Positions 1 to 9,071 of a DNA stretch of 24,364 nt are shown here, one piece after another. Below the pieces are notes generated by a model. It ran no database searches, was not told the origin of the DNA, and saw nothing but the letters and a program-made list of their open reading frames with translations. The stretch covers positions 1-24,364 of the forward strand of contig CAZUFC010000120.1 in the NCBI GenBank assembly GCA_964619725.1, in the 5' to 3' direction. Source of the stretch: an uncultured bacterium. GTDB taxonomy: Bacteria; CSSED10-310; CAZUFC01. The position numbers and the translations under genes are program-made. How positions within the stretch are numbered: the first letter of the stretch is position 1; every line of letters begins with the position of its first letter.

Positions 1-127
1 ACTTATTTTGACGATTTTTCCCTGAATTTCCAGCAAAAAATTTGATCAGGCTCAATATTATCATCGTTTCATCACAAAGCTATTTTTTTCATGGCAAAAA
101 ATTTTTATTCAAGATCGAATTTTTTTC

Positions 128-156
128 TTGTGTTCAAACTTGCAATTAAATATAAT
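128..156 (+). promoter_or_regulatory. Putative sigma70 promoter for the ACT/TIR-like gene
   Basis: TTGTGT (128-133), 17-nt spacer, perfect TATAAT (151-156). The region is very AT-rich, so a chance match is possible. Confidence 0.35.
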
Positions 157-291
157 TCTCAATGCGAAAGTGATTGAATGTATAATTCAAGGAGAATCGA
201 AGGTATTTTGGTTCTTGTTATGAAAATGTTAAAGAAAATATAGATTAAAAGAAAATTTATAAAAAATTGATATTAGGTGGGAGGAAGTTTC

Positions 292-1869
292 ATGAGAATA
301 TCACATTTTGTTCCCCTCGGTGGTTCTCGTATTAGCATGGTAGGCGATATTCTATCAGAGTTAGGAATTCAGAATGATTGTCATTTATACGCAGTTCGGT
401 TGTACGGTGAAATATATCCTACAGTAATCATGTCCATTATTCCTCCAGAAATATGGGATAGATCGTTCAAACTAACGATATATCTAGCGCAAAAGCCTGG
501 CTCATTCAGCGAAGCCACAGAAATAATAAGTGATATGGACATCAATATAGTCGCTTCATGGACTGCAGCTACTACTGCTACCGGCGAAGGCTGCTGCACT
601 GCGATTGTTGAGCTTCCTGAACATCTCATGGGTTCTAACATGGATAATTTGTTAAATGAAGTTACAAAAAACCTTGAAGCTAAAGAACTCTTAAGTGAAT
701 CAGATTTATTTAAAGAAAATTTGAAGAAAGTTACAATGGCGCCTTTACAGGTTCTCAGCGGCTTAAGAAAACAGGTAGCATTGGTTTGCCAACATGCTGG
801 AGTCGTAGAAAATTATTCCTTGGATCTAAAGAAGTTTAATGACGAAAGGGGTTTTAATCTTTTTGATAGTATTTTTCGTGAAGGTTTTATTGAAAAGAAA
901 ATTCCCTTACCAAGATATTGCATTGTTACTCCTGATACTGAGGAGAGGTATATTCGAGTCACCTTCTTACCGAGCAATACAAGAATGATTCAAATTTCCA
1001 TGAGAGTTGAAATATCCTCAGAGCAAGGAATTTTTAGAGGATATTTCGGGACTGTTCTTGGAACTTTAAAGAATTTAGGATTTAATATTTACGCTTCAGA
1101 TAATTTCCTGCTTTCCAAAACAGGTTATATGTCCACTTCAAAAGAAACTACTGAAATTGCAGTTTTCGTATTCGCTGCTGATGCTGAAAAAGTAAAGTTT
1201 CCGGGAAATATACAAAAATGGAAAAATGTACTTTATAAAAAAGTATTAACAGACTTGCAATTACATGCCAAGAATAGTTCAGGAAAAGTAGGATTACTGC
1301 AAGAGAAATTTGACGTACGTGATATTGATACTCTTTTTACTAGATGTTTTTTTGCCACTAATGCTAGAAAGGAAGAAGAAGGAATAAGTTATGCGCAAGA
1401 AACGATAAAAACAATTAGATCGCTTAAGCTTAACCCAATAAACGTAGATATTGCAAAAAGTATTTTTGTTTTTGATGATGTGACTAAACTTATTAAAGCT
1501 TCCCCCATATTAGTTTCATTGCATCTGCCTGTAGGAGAAAATAAATTTTTCCAATCAAGTGATACTAATGAATTGTTTTGTCCATCAGATTGGGTGTTAT
1601 TTGAAGAAACCTTTGCTTTAGCGCTTGAAAGAAGAGTATTCAGACTGCGTCATGAAAAAGTTCGGCAACCAAGATATTCATTGGGACAGAGAGAGTATAT
1701 TTTTCATAATATGGAAAGTTTTAAAACAGCTTTACGTCAACTAGAAACAGCTGTCAAAAGACATCAAGCTGATGAAACATATCTAAAAGCGCTTAGATTA
1801 AGCGATGAAGAATCCCGAGGGTTCCCACCTGATTTATTTCGAAGAGACCTAGACGACGCTTATTTTTAA
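292..1869 (+). CDS. Multidomain protein: AbrB-like N-terminus, two ACT-like domains, C-terminal TIR/nucleoside-deoxyribosyltransferase-like Rossmann domain
   Basis: Long ORF; GGAGG upstream favours ATG 292 over GTG 277. ACT signatures LTIYLAQKPGSFSEATEIISDMDINIVAS and RGYFGTVLGTLKNLGFNIYAS. C-terminal CFFAT...DDVTKLIKASPILVSL...SDWVLFEETFALALERRV resembles the TIR/NDT S-x-W-V-x-x-E helix. The CDS is secure; the domain calls are by eye. Confidence 0.6.
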   Translation: MRISHFVPLGGSRISMVGDILSELGIQNDCHLYAVRLYGEIYPTVIMSIIPPEIWDRSFKLTIYLAQKPGSFSEATEIISDMDINIVASWTAATTATGEGCCTAIVELPEHLMGSNMDNLLNEVTKNLEAKELLSESDLFKENLKKVTMAPLQVLSGLRKQVALVCQHAGVVENYSLDLKKFNDERGFNLFDSIFREGFIEKKIPLPRYCIVTPDTEERYIRVTFLPSNTRMIQISMRVEISSEQGIFRGYFGTVLGTLKNLGFNIYASDNFLLSKTGYMSTSKETTEIAVFVFAADAEKVKFPGNIQKWKNVLYKKVLTDLQLHAKNSSGKVGLLQEKFDVRDIDTLFTRCFFATNARKEEEGISYAQETIKTIRSLKLNPINVDIAKSIFVFDDVTKLIKASPILVSLHLPVGENKFFQSSDTNELFCPSDWVLFEETFALALERRVFRLRHEKVRQPRYSLGQREYIFHNMESFKTALRQLETAVKRHQADETYLKALRLSDEESRGFPPDLFRRDLDDAYF

Positions 1870-2050
1870 AATTTTCAGGAGAAACGTAAAAATACTGAAA
1901 AAAAATTACTATTCAACAACTGCCGGCAGGTCTCTAAAACTGGAGTTTTTTGCATCTCGTCTGGAATCACCACGATATATGTGGAAGTTGGTTTATCGCA
2001 GAATAGTTTTTTCTCGGACTTTTCTTCACCAGGCATTATCCTAAATTTAT

Positions 2051-3208
2051 TTAGGGATTTCTATTTAGTTCTTCAATGCTCGTAATTACTTTATCTTCAA
2101 TTCCTTCCTCTATAAGCAGTTCAAGTTCTCCCTTAAGCGCTGTGATATAACTTTCATATTTATTTTCACTCTTGTTTCCGATCTTAACATTTTTCTTAAA
2201 AACATGATAGGTTTCATTTGCCCATTTGTAACCCAACTTAGTTAACGATTTTTCTGCTTTCTTTTTAAAAATATCTCTCAATCTTTTTACTTTTGGATGA
2301 CTTTTATTTTCAATATCTACAGCATAGAATATCTGTTTTTTCTTTACATCCGCGGGAGTTAAAATTATTTCAATATGAACTTTAAAGTTTCTATTATTCC
2401 ATTCATCTTTGAAAATTTGTAAACATTCATTATGTCTAAATGATTTAAACCTGTATCCGTGGTTTTCAACAATACTTTTAAATTCATTGGAGATATTCTG
2501 TCTGTCCTTACTGAAATTTCTTTTTATTTCATTTATTTCGTTATAGTAATCGGCGAATAGTAATGACTTTTCATTAAATTCAATTGGTCTCATAACATTC
2601 TCCTGGATATTTTTCATGAATTGAGAAAAAATAAAATAATTGTTATTGATTGTTGAGTAATTTTCCTTGATGAGTTTCTTTAGGCATTCACAGATGTCCC
2701 TATATTCAATGCAGATTAATTCATTTTTAAGAATTTTGTTTTTTATCCTTAAAGAACTAAGATTGTAATGTGGAGCGAGTAAAACCAAAAAACACGGATT
2801 GAAATCTTTCCACTCTCGAATTAACTGCTCTTCGTTTGGCGGCATTCTTATTTTATTTTCAATACAAACGAGTTGTTCATTGATTTTTATCGTGATATCG
2901 ATCCTCGAATTTTTTCTGGTATTCTCTGTTTTTACAACAATTTCAGGCTGTTCATCAATTAATAGCGGATCGCCGATTAATGATTCATTTTTTTTTCTAT
3001 TTATTAAATCAACAAAATCACTTAAAAACCTGATGCCCAGTTTGTGATTCTCTTTAGGATTAAAAAGCCAAGCTAAAAAACTGGAATGAGATAATTCTCT
3101 TTTTTCAATTGATGTGATTTCAAAAAAATTAACTTCTTTTTTGATGTTTAATAGATCAACTTTATTCTTTAATTCTGTAAAGGTTATCCCGTAGTTTTTT
3201 TCTTCCAT
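2051..3208 (-). CDS. PD-(D/E)XK nuclease family protein (PDDEXK_4-like)
   Basis: NFFEI...RELSHSSFLAWLFNPKENHKLG..FL, followed by the catalytic pattern RIDI...CIENKI typical of this family. Confidence 0.85.
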   Translation of the reverse strand: MEEKNYGITFTELKNKVDLLNIKKEVNFFEITSIEKRELSHSSFLAWLFNPKENHKLGIRFLSDFVDLINRKKNESLIGDPLLIDEQPEIVVKTENTRKNSRIDITIKINEQLVCIENKIRMPPNEEQLIREWKDFNPCFLVLLAPHYNLSSLRIKNKILKNELICIEYRDICECLKKLIKENYSTINNNYFIFSQFMKNIQENVMRPIEFNEKSLLFADYYNEINEIKRNFSKDRQNISNEFKSIVENHGYRFKSFRHNECLQIFKDEWNNRNFKVHIEIILTPADVKKKQIFYAVDIENKSHPKVKRLRDIFKKKAEKSLTKLGYKWANETYHVFKKNVKIGNKSENKYESYITALKGELELLIEEGIEDKVITSIEELNRNP

Positions 3209-3511
3209 AAAAAGTTATCCTGTCATCAATATCCGTGTTCATTGATTCTGCAAAATTAACTCATAAAAAAATATTCCGAATTATTTTCGTCATTTTGAAA
3301 CAAACCTGCACAAAGCCATGATGCTTCAAATTTAAAGGGAACATAACATACATCCTAGTGTTAAACCGATTTAAAAGTTAACCGCTCCGACAAATCAGCA
3401 TTCATCTTACTTTTTCTAGCACAACAGACTTGTTTTCTCAAATATTGATTCTGGAATCGGACATCTCATTCAATTTCAGAACTAAGTTCAGAATTAGTAT
3501 CTTCTGCGAAG

Positions 3512-3727
3512 GTGAGACATTTAGCCCAGCATACCCTGGGGAATTTTACTAAACGCTATGGGGCTCATTCCTTATTATTTTCATTGGTCACTTTCACCAC
3601 ATTAAGCTATAAAGACATCTCTCCTGCGAATTGGAAAGGCGAACTTTTATCAATGTTGACCGCTTTTACCGGTTATATCACGCTTGGCGGACTCATCACC
3701 ATCTTTGCAAATAAACTGATTATTTGA
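3512..3727 (+). pseudogene. Remnant of a two-TM potassium-channel pore domain (Ion_trans_2-like)
   Basis: FSLVTFTTLSYKDISP..WKG..L.....GYITLGGLITIFANKL matches the (Y)FSxVTFTTLGYGDIxP pore helix/filter plus inner helix. GYG is changed to SYK and the N-terminal part is missing. Confidence 0.7.
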
Positions 3728-3993
3728 AGAATTTAAACTTTTTATACAGTGAAAGTTTTTTCTCAAACCGAACAGTCATTAAAGTGGAAGCTGGAAGTCT
3801 TCCGTGCACATATCATTTTTCTACAAAAATGAAATCCCCTTTGAAACCGATTTATCAGAGAGTGAATTTTTTAAGGATTTATCATTTTACCTATACCCAC
3901 CCCTTGCCAAGACGACTTACTGCCGTCTAAGGCAATCCTGGGGCTTTCCCGGCGAATCTAGGCAGCATGACAAGACTAATATAACAAAATTCC

Positions 3994-4022
3994 TTGCCTT
4001 TGAAGAAAATTCTTATTATAAT
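3994..4022 (+). promoter_or_regulatory. Putative sigma70 promoter of the parB-like gene
   Basis: TTGCCT (3994-3999), 17 nt, TATAAT (4017-4022), about 50 nt upstream of the ATG. Confidence 0.55.
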
Positions 4023-4072
4023 CTCCATCGTGATTGCGTTGTAGCAACCTGCAAAGAAGGAAGGAGGCCAAA

Positions 4073-4906
4073 ATGGCGAAAAAGCAAAAGAGAGAGGTAA
4101 AGAGGAAAGGCAGAGCGCCGAAAGAAAAAAAGCAAGTAGAGTTCAAGGATTCTCTGAGTGATGTGACGGAAATCGAAACGGTTGAGTTGAAGGATATCGA
4201 TCTGGAGGACAGAAGTTTCCAGTACAGGCTGCGGGAGAGATTGAACGACATAAAACCCAGTCTGGAAACGGAGGGGCAGCTTGTTCCTGTTACGCTTTGG
4301 GGAGAGAGTCCTCCCTACAAGATCATCGACGGGTACAGGAGGATATCCGCGGTCAAGGAGATCGGATGGTCCAGCGTTAAGGCTATGGTGAAAAAGGACA
4401 TAACTGAAGATGATGCCTACCGTCTCTCCTTTGTCGAGAATGTGAAACGGAAGAGTTTTTCTCCCATGGAAATGGCGAACGCTGTATGGAAAGCTAAGGA
4501 AAGAGGCAAAACCAATGAGGAACTGGAATCAGAGTTCGGACTTTCAAAACGGCAGATACAGCGTTACAAGAGTATGATGGAATTCTCGAAGTCGATTAAG
4601 GATGCGTTGTCGGATGAAAAAATTTCCATGGCTCACGCTTTTGTCCTGCATACGATGAGCATTGAGGATATTGATCCCTGGATAGAGCGAGTTAAGAAAG
4701 ACGATTTGTCGGCCCAGGCTTTGAAACGGGCTGTCACAAAGGAGTTGGGTCCCAAATCCAAACCGAGAAAGTTCATACAGAAGAAGAAAGATGGATTTCG
4801 CCTTTATCCCATACGGCTTAGTGAAAATACTTCGGACAAAGACAGGGAGAAGATCATCAAGGTTCTTGAGGATGCCTTGGCGATTGCCAAAGGTAAGAAA
4901 AAATAA
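4073..4906 (+). CDS. ParB/RepB/Spo0J-family protein (ParB CTPase domain + HTH), orphan
   Basis: AAGGAGG SD before ATG 4073. Motifs SLETEGQLVPV, YKIIDGYRRISA (GxxR box), SFVENVKRKSFSPMEMA, HTH TNEELESEFGLSKRQIQRY, and KISMAHA. Confidence 0.88.
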   Translation: MAKKQKREVKRKGRAPKEKKQVEFKDSLSDVTEIETVELKDIDLEDRSFQYRLRERLNDIKPSLETEGQLVPVTLWGESPPYKIIDGYRRISAVKEIGWSSVKAMVKKDITEDDAYRLSFVENVKRKSFSPMEMANAVWKAKERGKTNEELESEFGLSKRQIQRYKSMMEFSKSIKDALSDEKISMAHAFVLHTMSIEDIDPWIERVKKDDLSAQALKRAVTKELGPKSKPRKFIQKKKDGFRLYPIRLSENTSDKDREKIIKVLEDALAIAKGKKK

Positions 4907-5395
4907 GGGAGGAAACCGTCACGAAATCTGTAACTGTCGGAAAAACTTAGATTATTGTTGGGGGTGACATGATGTCGTATTTTTGGTTTGTGTTTTTTAT
5001 TTGTATGTTTTTTAATAGGATTTTAAATCCTGTTCCAAGCCAGGACTTTACCTTTGGAGCCTACTAACGAATGGGGATGTGAATGAATAAAGCTAAAAAA
5101 GTTGATCCCCACGATCAACAACGAAATACCTAGATTGTCAGTATTCTCATAAATCTTTTCCAAGAAATGGATTTAGATGAAACGATAAATCTAAGATTCA
5201 ACTCGTCGAACATTGCTATAAAACGTTCTCAAGGTGGAAGCATTTCGCTTTTGATGATCTTGAATTATTGTAAATTTTTTGTTGATGATTACATGATGTC
5301 TTTGATTGAAATTTTTTAACTATAAAAGAATGGTATGACAAAAAAATGTGATATGTAACAACTTGTTTGTTTTTAATTTTAAGGAGTAAAGGAAT

Positions 5396-6859
5396 ATGAA
5401 CAATATCATCGAAAATGAAGAGAATAAAACAATATTATCTGGGAAAGAGAATAATATAGCAGAGGGAAATACAAAAATAATTTCAAAAATAATTTATCCG
5501 TTAATATTTTTAATTATAGTAAGTGCTGGTACGGCAATATACGATTTGCATGGAAGGGTATCAACACTTGAAAGTGAACATAAAATATTTAAGTCAGCTT
5601 TAGATGACAGGATAGATTCTTCTGCACTTTCAAAATATGGCAAAAAAATTAAATCACTGGCCAATGATTCCATTATAAGTTATTATAAATTAGCTTTCAA
5701 AGCTGATTCCATCGAAGATAATTTTCGGAAAGTAAAAATTTATGAAAATGATGTCGATGATTTGTTGGATATTGCGTTTGATTCAAAAACTCAAGATGAC
5801 GTATTTAGAGATGTGCTTAGGATTTTAGAAGATATATTTAAGAAAAACAAATCGAATGAAATCCCCAGGAATCTAATTGAACTGATTAAAGGTGATTCTG
5901 AAAGATCAATGTGGATAAAAAATTCACCGGAAAGAAGATCAATGATCATTGGATCCATGAGGTATATCGAACATTTTGACGCGATAAATGCAATCCGACC
6001 ATTTCTGAAAGATAGTTCTGTAAATGCGAAAGTTATGATTGCTGCAATTAAATTTGTGAAAGATTCTTTTGATTATCATTCTGTCGATCAACTATTAAAA
6101 TTAGCTATTCACCCGGATTTTGAAATAAAAACAGACGCTCTTAAAGCATTGGCACGCATCAAACCTGATTGCAAAGAACTAAAAGATTGGATAGTTAATT
6201 TTAAAAAAAATATTTCAACACAGACAGAATTAAAAGAAATAAGCACAGCTCTTTCTATTGCCGCCGAGTTAATTAAAGGAACAAAATCGACTAATACTAA
6301 AACTAATTTATTCGAATTTAGAAAAGAAACAGCAAAAGACTTAATTAAAACTGTTGTGAATAATAATGTGAGGTTTGCGCTTTTACCAGGCTTCTATCTA
6401 AGGGGAAAGGCTGAGTCCATAAGACTAAGCTATTTAGATAATCGTGGAAGCTATTGGCATGCGACGCCATATATATTCACCGAACAAAGATGCAAAATAA
6501 TTAAGGAAATTATTCAAGAAAGCATAAAATCACAGAACATAAAAGAAATATGCAATTATGTAGATGCGTTCAGCATTTACAATGATTCATTTGAATTATA
6601 TTCACTGGACAGAGTTTCGACGGTTATACTGAATTTTAATAAAGACTCTGGTATACTTGCTGAAAATAAACAGATAATTACCAAAGAAACAACACAAAGA
6701 GGTTGTGCGCTAAAAGTGACAGGAGAAAATAAGCTTATGGCTGTTTGGTTGGATCCGATTGGCTCGAGATTAACGGGTATCGTTAAAAAATTCATTAATC
6801 CTGATGAAATCAATGTTTCACTGTCGATTGATAGAGAATTTATTTCACTTGTTGATTGA
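5396..6859 (+). CDS. Hypothetical protein with an N-terminal transmembrane anchor and HEAT-like repeats
   Basis: AAGGAG SD. Hydrophobic stretch IIYPLIFLIIVSAGTAIY. HEAT-like helices AINAIRPFLKD..VMIAAIKFV and SVDQLLKLAIHPDFEIKTDALKALARI. Confidence 0.65.
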   Translation: MNNIIENEENKTILSGKENNIAEGNTKIISKIIYPLIFLIIVSAGTAIYDLHGRVSTLESEHKIFKSALDDRIDSSALSKYGKKIKSLANDSIISYYKLAFKADSIEDNFRKVKIYENDVDDLLDIAFDSKTQDDVFRDVLRILEDIFKKNKSNEIPRNLIELIKGDSERSMWIKNSPERRSMIIGSMRYIEHFDAINAIRPFLKDSSVNAKVMIAAIKFVKDSFDYHSVDQLLKLAIHPDFEIKTDALKALARIKPDCKELKDWIVNFKKNISTQTELKEISTALSIAAELIKGTKSTNTKTNLFEFRKETAKDLIKTVVNNNVRFALLPGFYLRGKAESIRLSYLDNRGSYWHATPYIFTEQRCKIIKEIIQESIKSQNIKEICNYVDAFSIYNDSFELYSLDRVSTVILNFNKDSGILAENKQIITKETTQRGCALKVTGENKLMAVWLDPIGSRLTGIVKKFINPDEINVSLSIDREFISLVD

Positions 6860-7187
6860 ATGTATGATCTTATTATAAGAAATAATTTAAATGTAAAAAA
6901 ATTCATGATATTGAAATTTTATAATTAGTTTCGTGTAATTGATTTATGAAGCAATAATTCATTAATTATTTTTTTATTAGTATAATTTATTTTAAACTTA
7001 AAGTTTCCTAGGCATTTTATTTTTAAAGATTCTTTATTTTGAATTTCCTATTTTTCCATGTTTTTTTTTGAAATCCTAATGCTTATTAAGATTTGATTAT
7101 GTATAGGCGTGTTTGAACTATAGAGTTTTTGTATAAATTTAAATTAATTTTATTTAATCAGTTAAAGAAAAACATTCTATTTTATTA

Positions 7188-8204
7188 TTAATTTACTTTT
7201 ATGTATATTACGTGATCGATTAAAAAATCAACCATATATTTCATTCGGATATTATATATTTTTAATAATAATACAAAAAGAGAATATAATATAAATGATA
7301 TTAAAAGCAAAACAAACACAAAATTAGGTTCTGGCAAATTATAAATAGGTGCCCCAAACTTAATTGTTGTGCTTTTCGCATATAAGCCAATTATTAAAAA
7401 GGTGGAAATACAGAATGAAACATATGAAATCAATACAGGTAAAATTAGCATACCAGATAATCTGGTCCAGAACCATCTCATATTAAATTGTTTGAGTACT
7501 TCATCATTCGCATTTGCTAAAAAAAAAGCCCTTGTATCGTAATATGAAGGTTTTATATTATAGGGTTTTAGTATATTCCAAATTAATATGCCCTTTTTAG
7601 AAAGCGCAAGTATATTATAAATTTTTTGACCTTTATTTGGAGAAATATCTTTATTCATAAAAAAGATAAATAAGATTAAAAGGCAAAAAAATGATTGAAC
7701 AATAATGGCAGGATAGTAAATCAAGGAATATGCTATTTCTTTTTTTAAAAAATATATCAGCAAAACCAGAATAAATGGGAATAATGCAATTAATATAAGT
7801 TTTAAGTGTTTGGCAATATTAACATTATCGTTCTTATTACTTTTCGTAATTAACCTTTTTTTAAATAAAATTGAAGTTAATTCGCCCTCAGATTGCACGT
7901 TAAATAATTCATCAAATTTCTTCCCCAAACAACTTGAATGACGCTCCCTGAATCCATAACTAACACAAATTGAACCAAATATATAAGAAAGAAATATTAT
8001 GGATGTGGCTAAAATTATCTTGTGCTCATTTATTATGTCAAAAGTATGTTTGACTTGATCCTGTAAAATTGAAAGAGGGTATGGAGGTAATTGAGCAGGC
8101 GGAAATATAATTAATAAATAAAAATTAACAAAAACCATTCCAACTGCAAAAAGCAAAACGATTCCAGCAATACAATATTCAATAAAATTCTCAGTGATTT
8201 TCAT
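7188..8204 (-). CDS. Hypothetical polytopic membrane protein (about 6 TM segments)
   Basis: 338-aa ORF in very AT-rich DNA with several long hydrophobic stretches; no family recognised. Confidence 0.65.
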   Translation of the reverse strand: MKITENFIEYCIAGIVLLFAVGMVFVNFYLLIIFPPAQLPPYPLSILQDQVKHTFDIINEHKIILATSIIFLSYIFGSICVSYGFRERHSSCLGKKFDELFNVQSEGELTSILFKKRLITKSNKNDNVNIAKHLKLILIALFPFILVLLIYFLKKEIAYSLIYYPAIIVQSFFCLLILFIFFMNKDISPNKGQKIYNILALSKKGILIWNILKPYNIKPSYYDTRAFFLANANDEVLKQFNMRWFWTRLSGMLILPVLISYVSFCISTFLIIGLYAKSTTIKFGAPIYNLPEPNFVFVLLLISFILYSLFVLLLKIYNIRMKYMVDFLIDHVIYIKVN

Positions 8205-8220
8205 GATTCATTATCTTTCT

Positions 8221-8790
8221 TTAATGATTATTTAATAGCAAACTCACTCCCACAAAAGCCTTAAAACCCCCATCAATGGGATAGGCGTAGAAGCTGGTCT
8301 GGAATTTGGCGAAGAGTTCATCTGGTATGATTGGGATGTCGATTACGCTGGACATGGGGAGTAGTAGTATCTTTGCTCCTGCTCCGAATGCGGCTTGCAT
8401 GGATTCCGCTATGTTTTGGACTGGAGTTATGTTCCCGCCGAGGCTCAGGCTTCCCAGTATAACCATTTGGGATTGTATTGGTTTGCCTAATATGGCGGAG
8501 CAGATGGCTACGTATGCGGTCAGGTTCAGAGATCGGGTTGGACCTGTGTTGTTGATTTCTACTGTATGGACGCGGTAATCGTGGTTGGATGGTTTTCTGG
8601 ATGCTCTTATAAGGGAGGCATTGGCTTTTAAGAAGTCGAATGCCGCTTTTATGGCTTCTTTTGCTGCGCTGATTGTGCTTATGCCTGATGTTTTTAATAA
8701 TCCGTTGCCGGCTTTCTGTTTTAATTCCGTTGGACAAAAATTGTTTAAAAGAATTTTATGTAATCTCATTTTCATTCTGTTTTTTCTCAT
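8221..8790 (-). pseudogene. brxL: 3' fragment of the BREX Lon-like protease gene brxL (Lon_C domain only)
   Basis: AGNG...SAAKEAIKAAFDFLK...HTVEINNTGP...QMVILGSLSLGG...AGAKILLLPMSSVIDIP..P.ELFAKFQTSFY closely follows the BrxL C-terminus. Homology starts near 8730; the OB-fold and AAA+ parts are absent. The segment is more GC-rich than its flanks. Confidence 0.8.
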
Positions 8791-9071
8791 GAAATCATAT
8801 TAAAAATAACAGTTCCGACACAAGAGATTTATCAGGAAAAATATTTATCAGATTTTTCACTATAAATCAACTCCTATGATTTAAATTAAGAAAGTATTAT
8901 AATTTTTTACGTATTAGAACTGAATAATGAAAAAATCATCAGCACCTGTTTTATTTTCTTGAACAAAAATTATTTTTATGTTAAATATTAATTTTGGAAA
9001 TCATAATTGTCGATAACTCTAAATAATAGGACGGTGGAGAAAATTAAACCTACAGAAAAGAGAGATTTACA

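Noticed and set aside
277-291. GTG start at 277 for the first ORF
   Set aside because: The extra codons contain the GGAGG SD for ATG 292, which is the better start.
1908-1985. CTGCCGGCAG palindrome, an IS-end-like TATTCAACAACTG and a CCAC-N7-GTGG (NrdR-box-like) palindrome
   Set aside because: Short, spacing does not fit the NrdR consensus, and there is no partner end or relevant gene.
4034-4072. TTG start for parB
   Set aside because: AAGGAGG before ATG 4073 is far better.
3724-4100. Short ORFs 3724-3930 and 3804-4100 as a possible parA or partner gene
   Set aside because: No Walker A or other motif, and the second ORF overlaps the parB promoter; at most gene debris.
5083-5319. Possible small ORF broken by a TAG (MNKAKK...NT*IVSIL...IEIF)
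   Set aside because: No recognisable family; cannot be distinguished from chance.
6860-7187. Possible CRISPR or repeat array in the AT-rich gap (three loose TCCTA-containing motifs)
   Set aside because: No conserved 25-40 bp repeat and no regular spacing.
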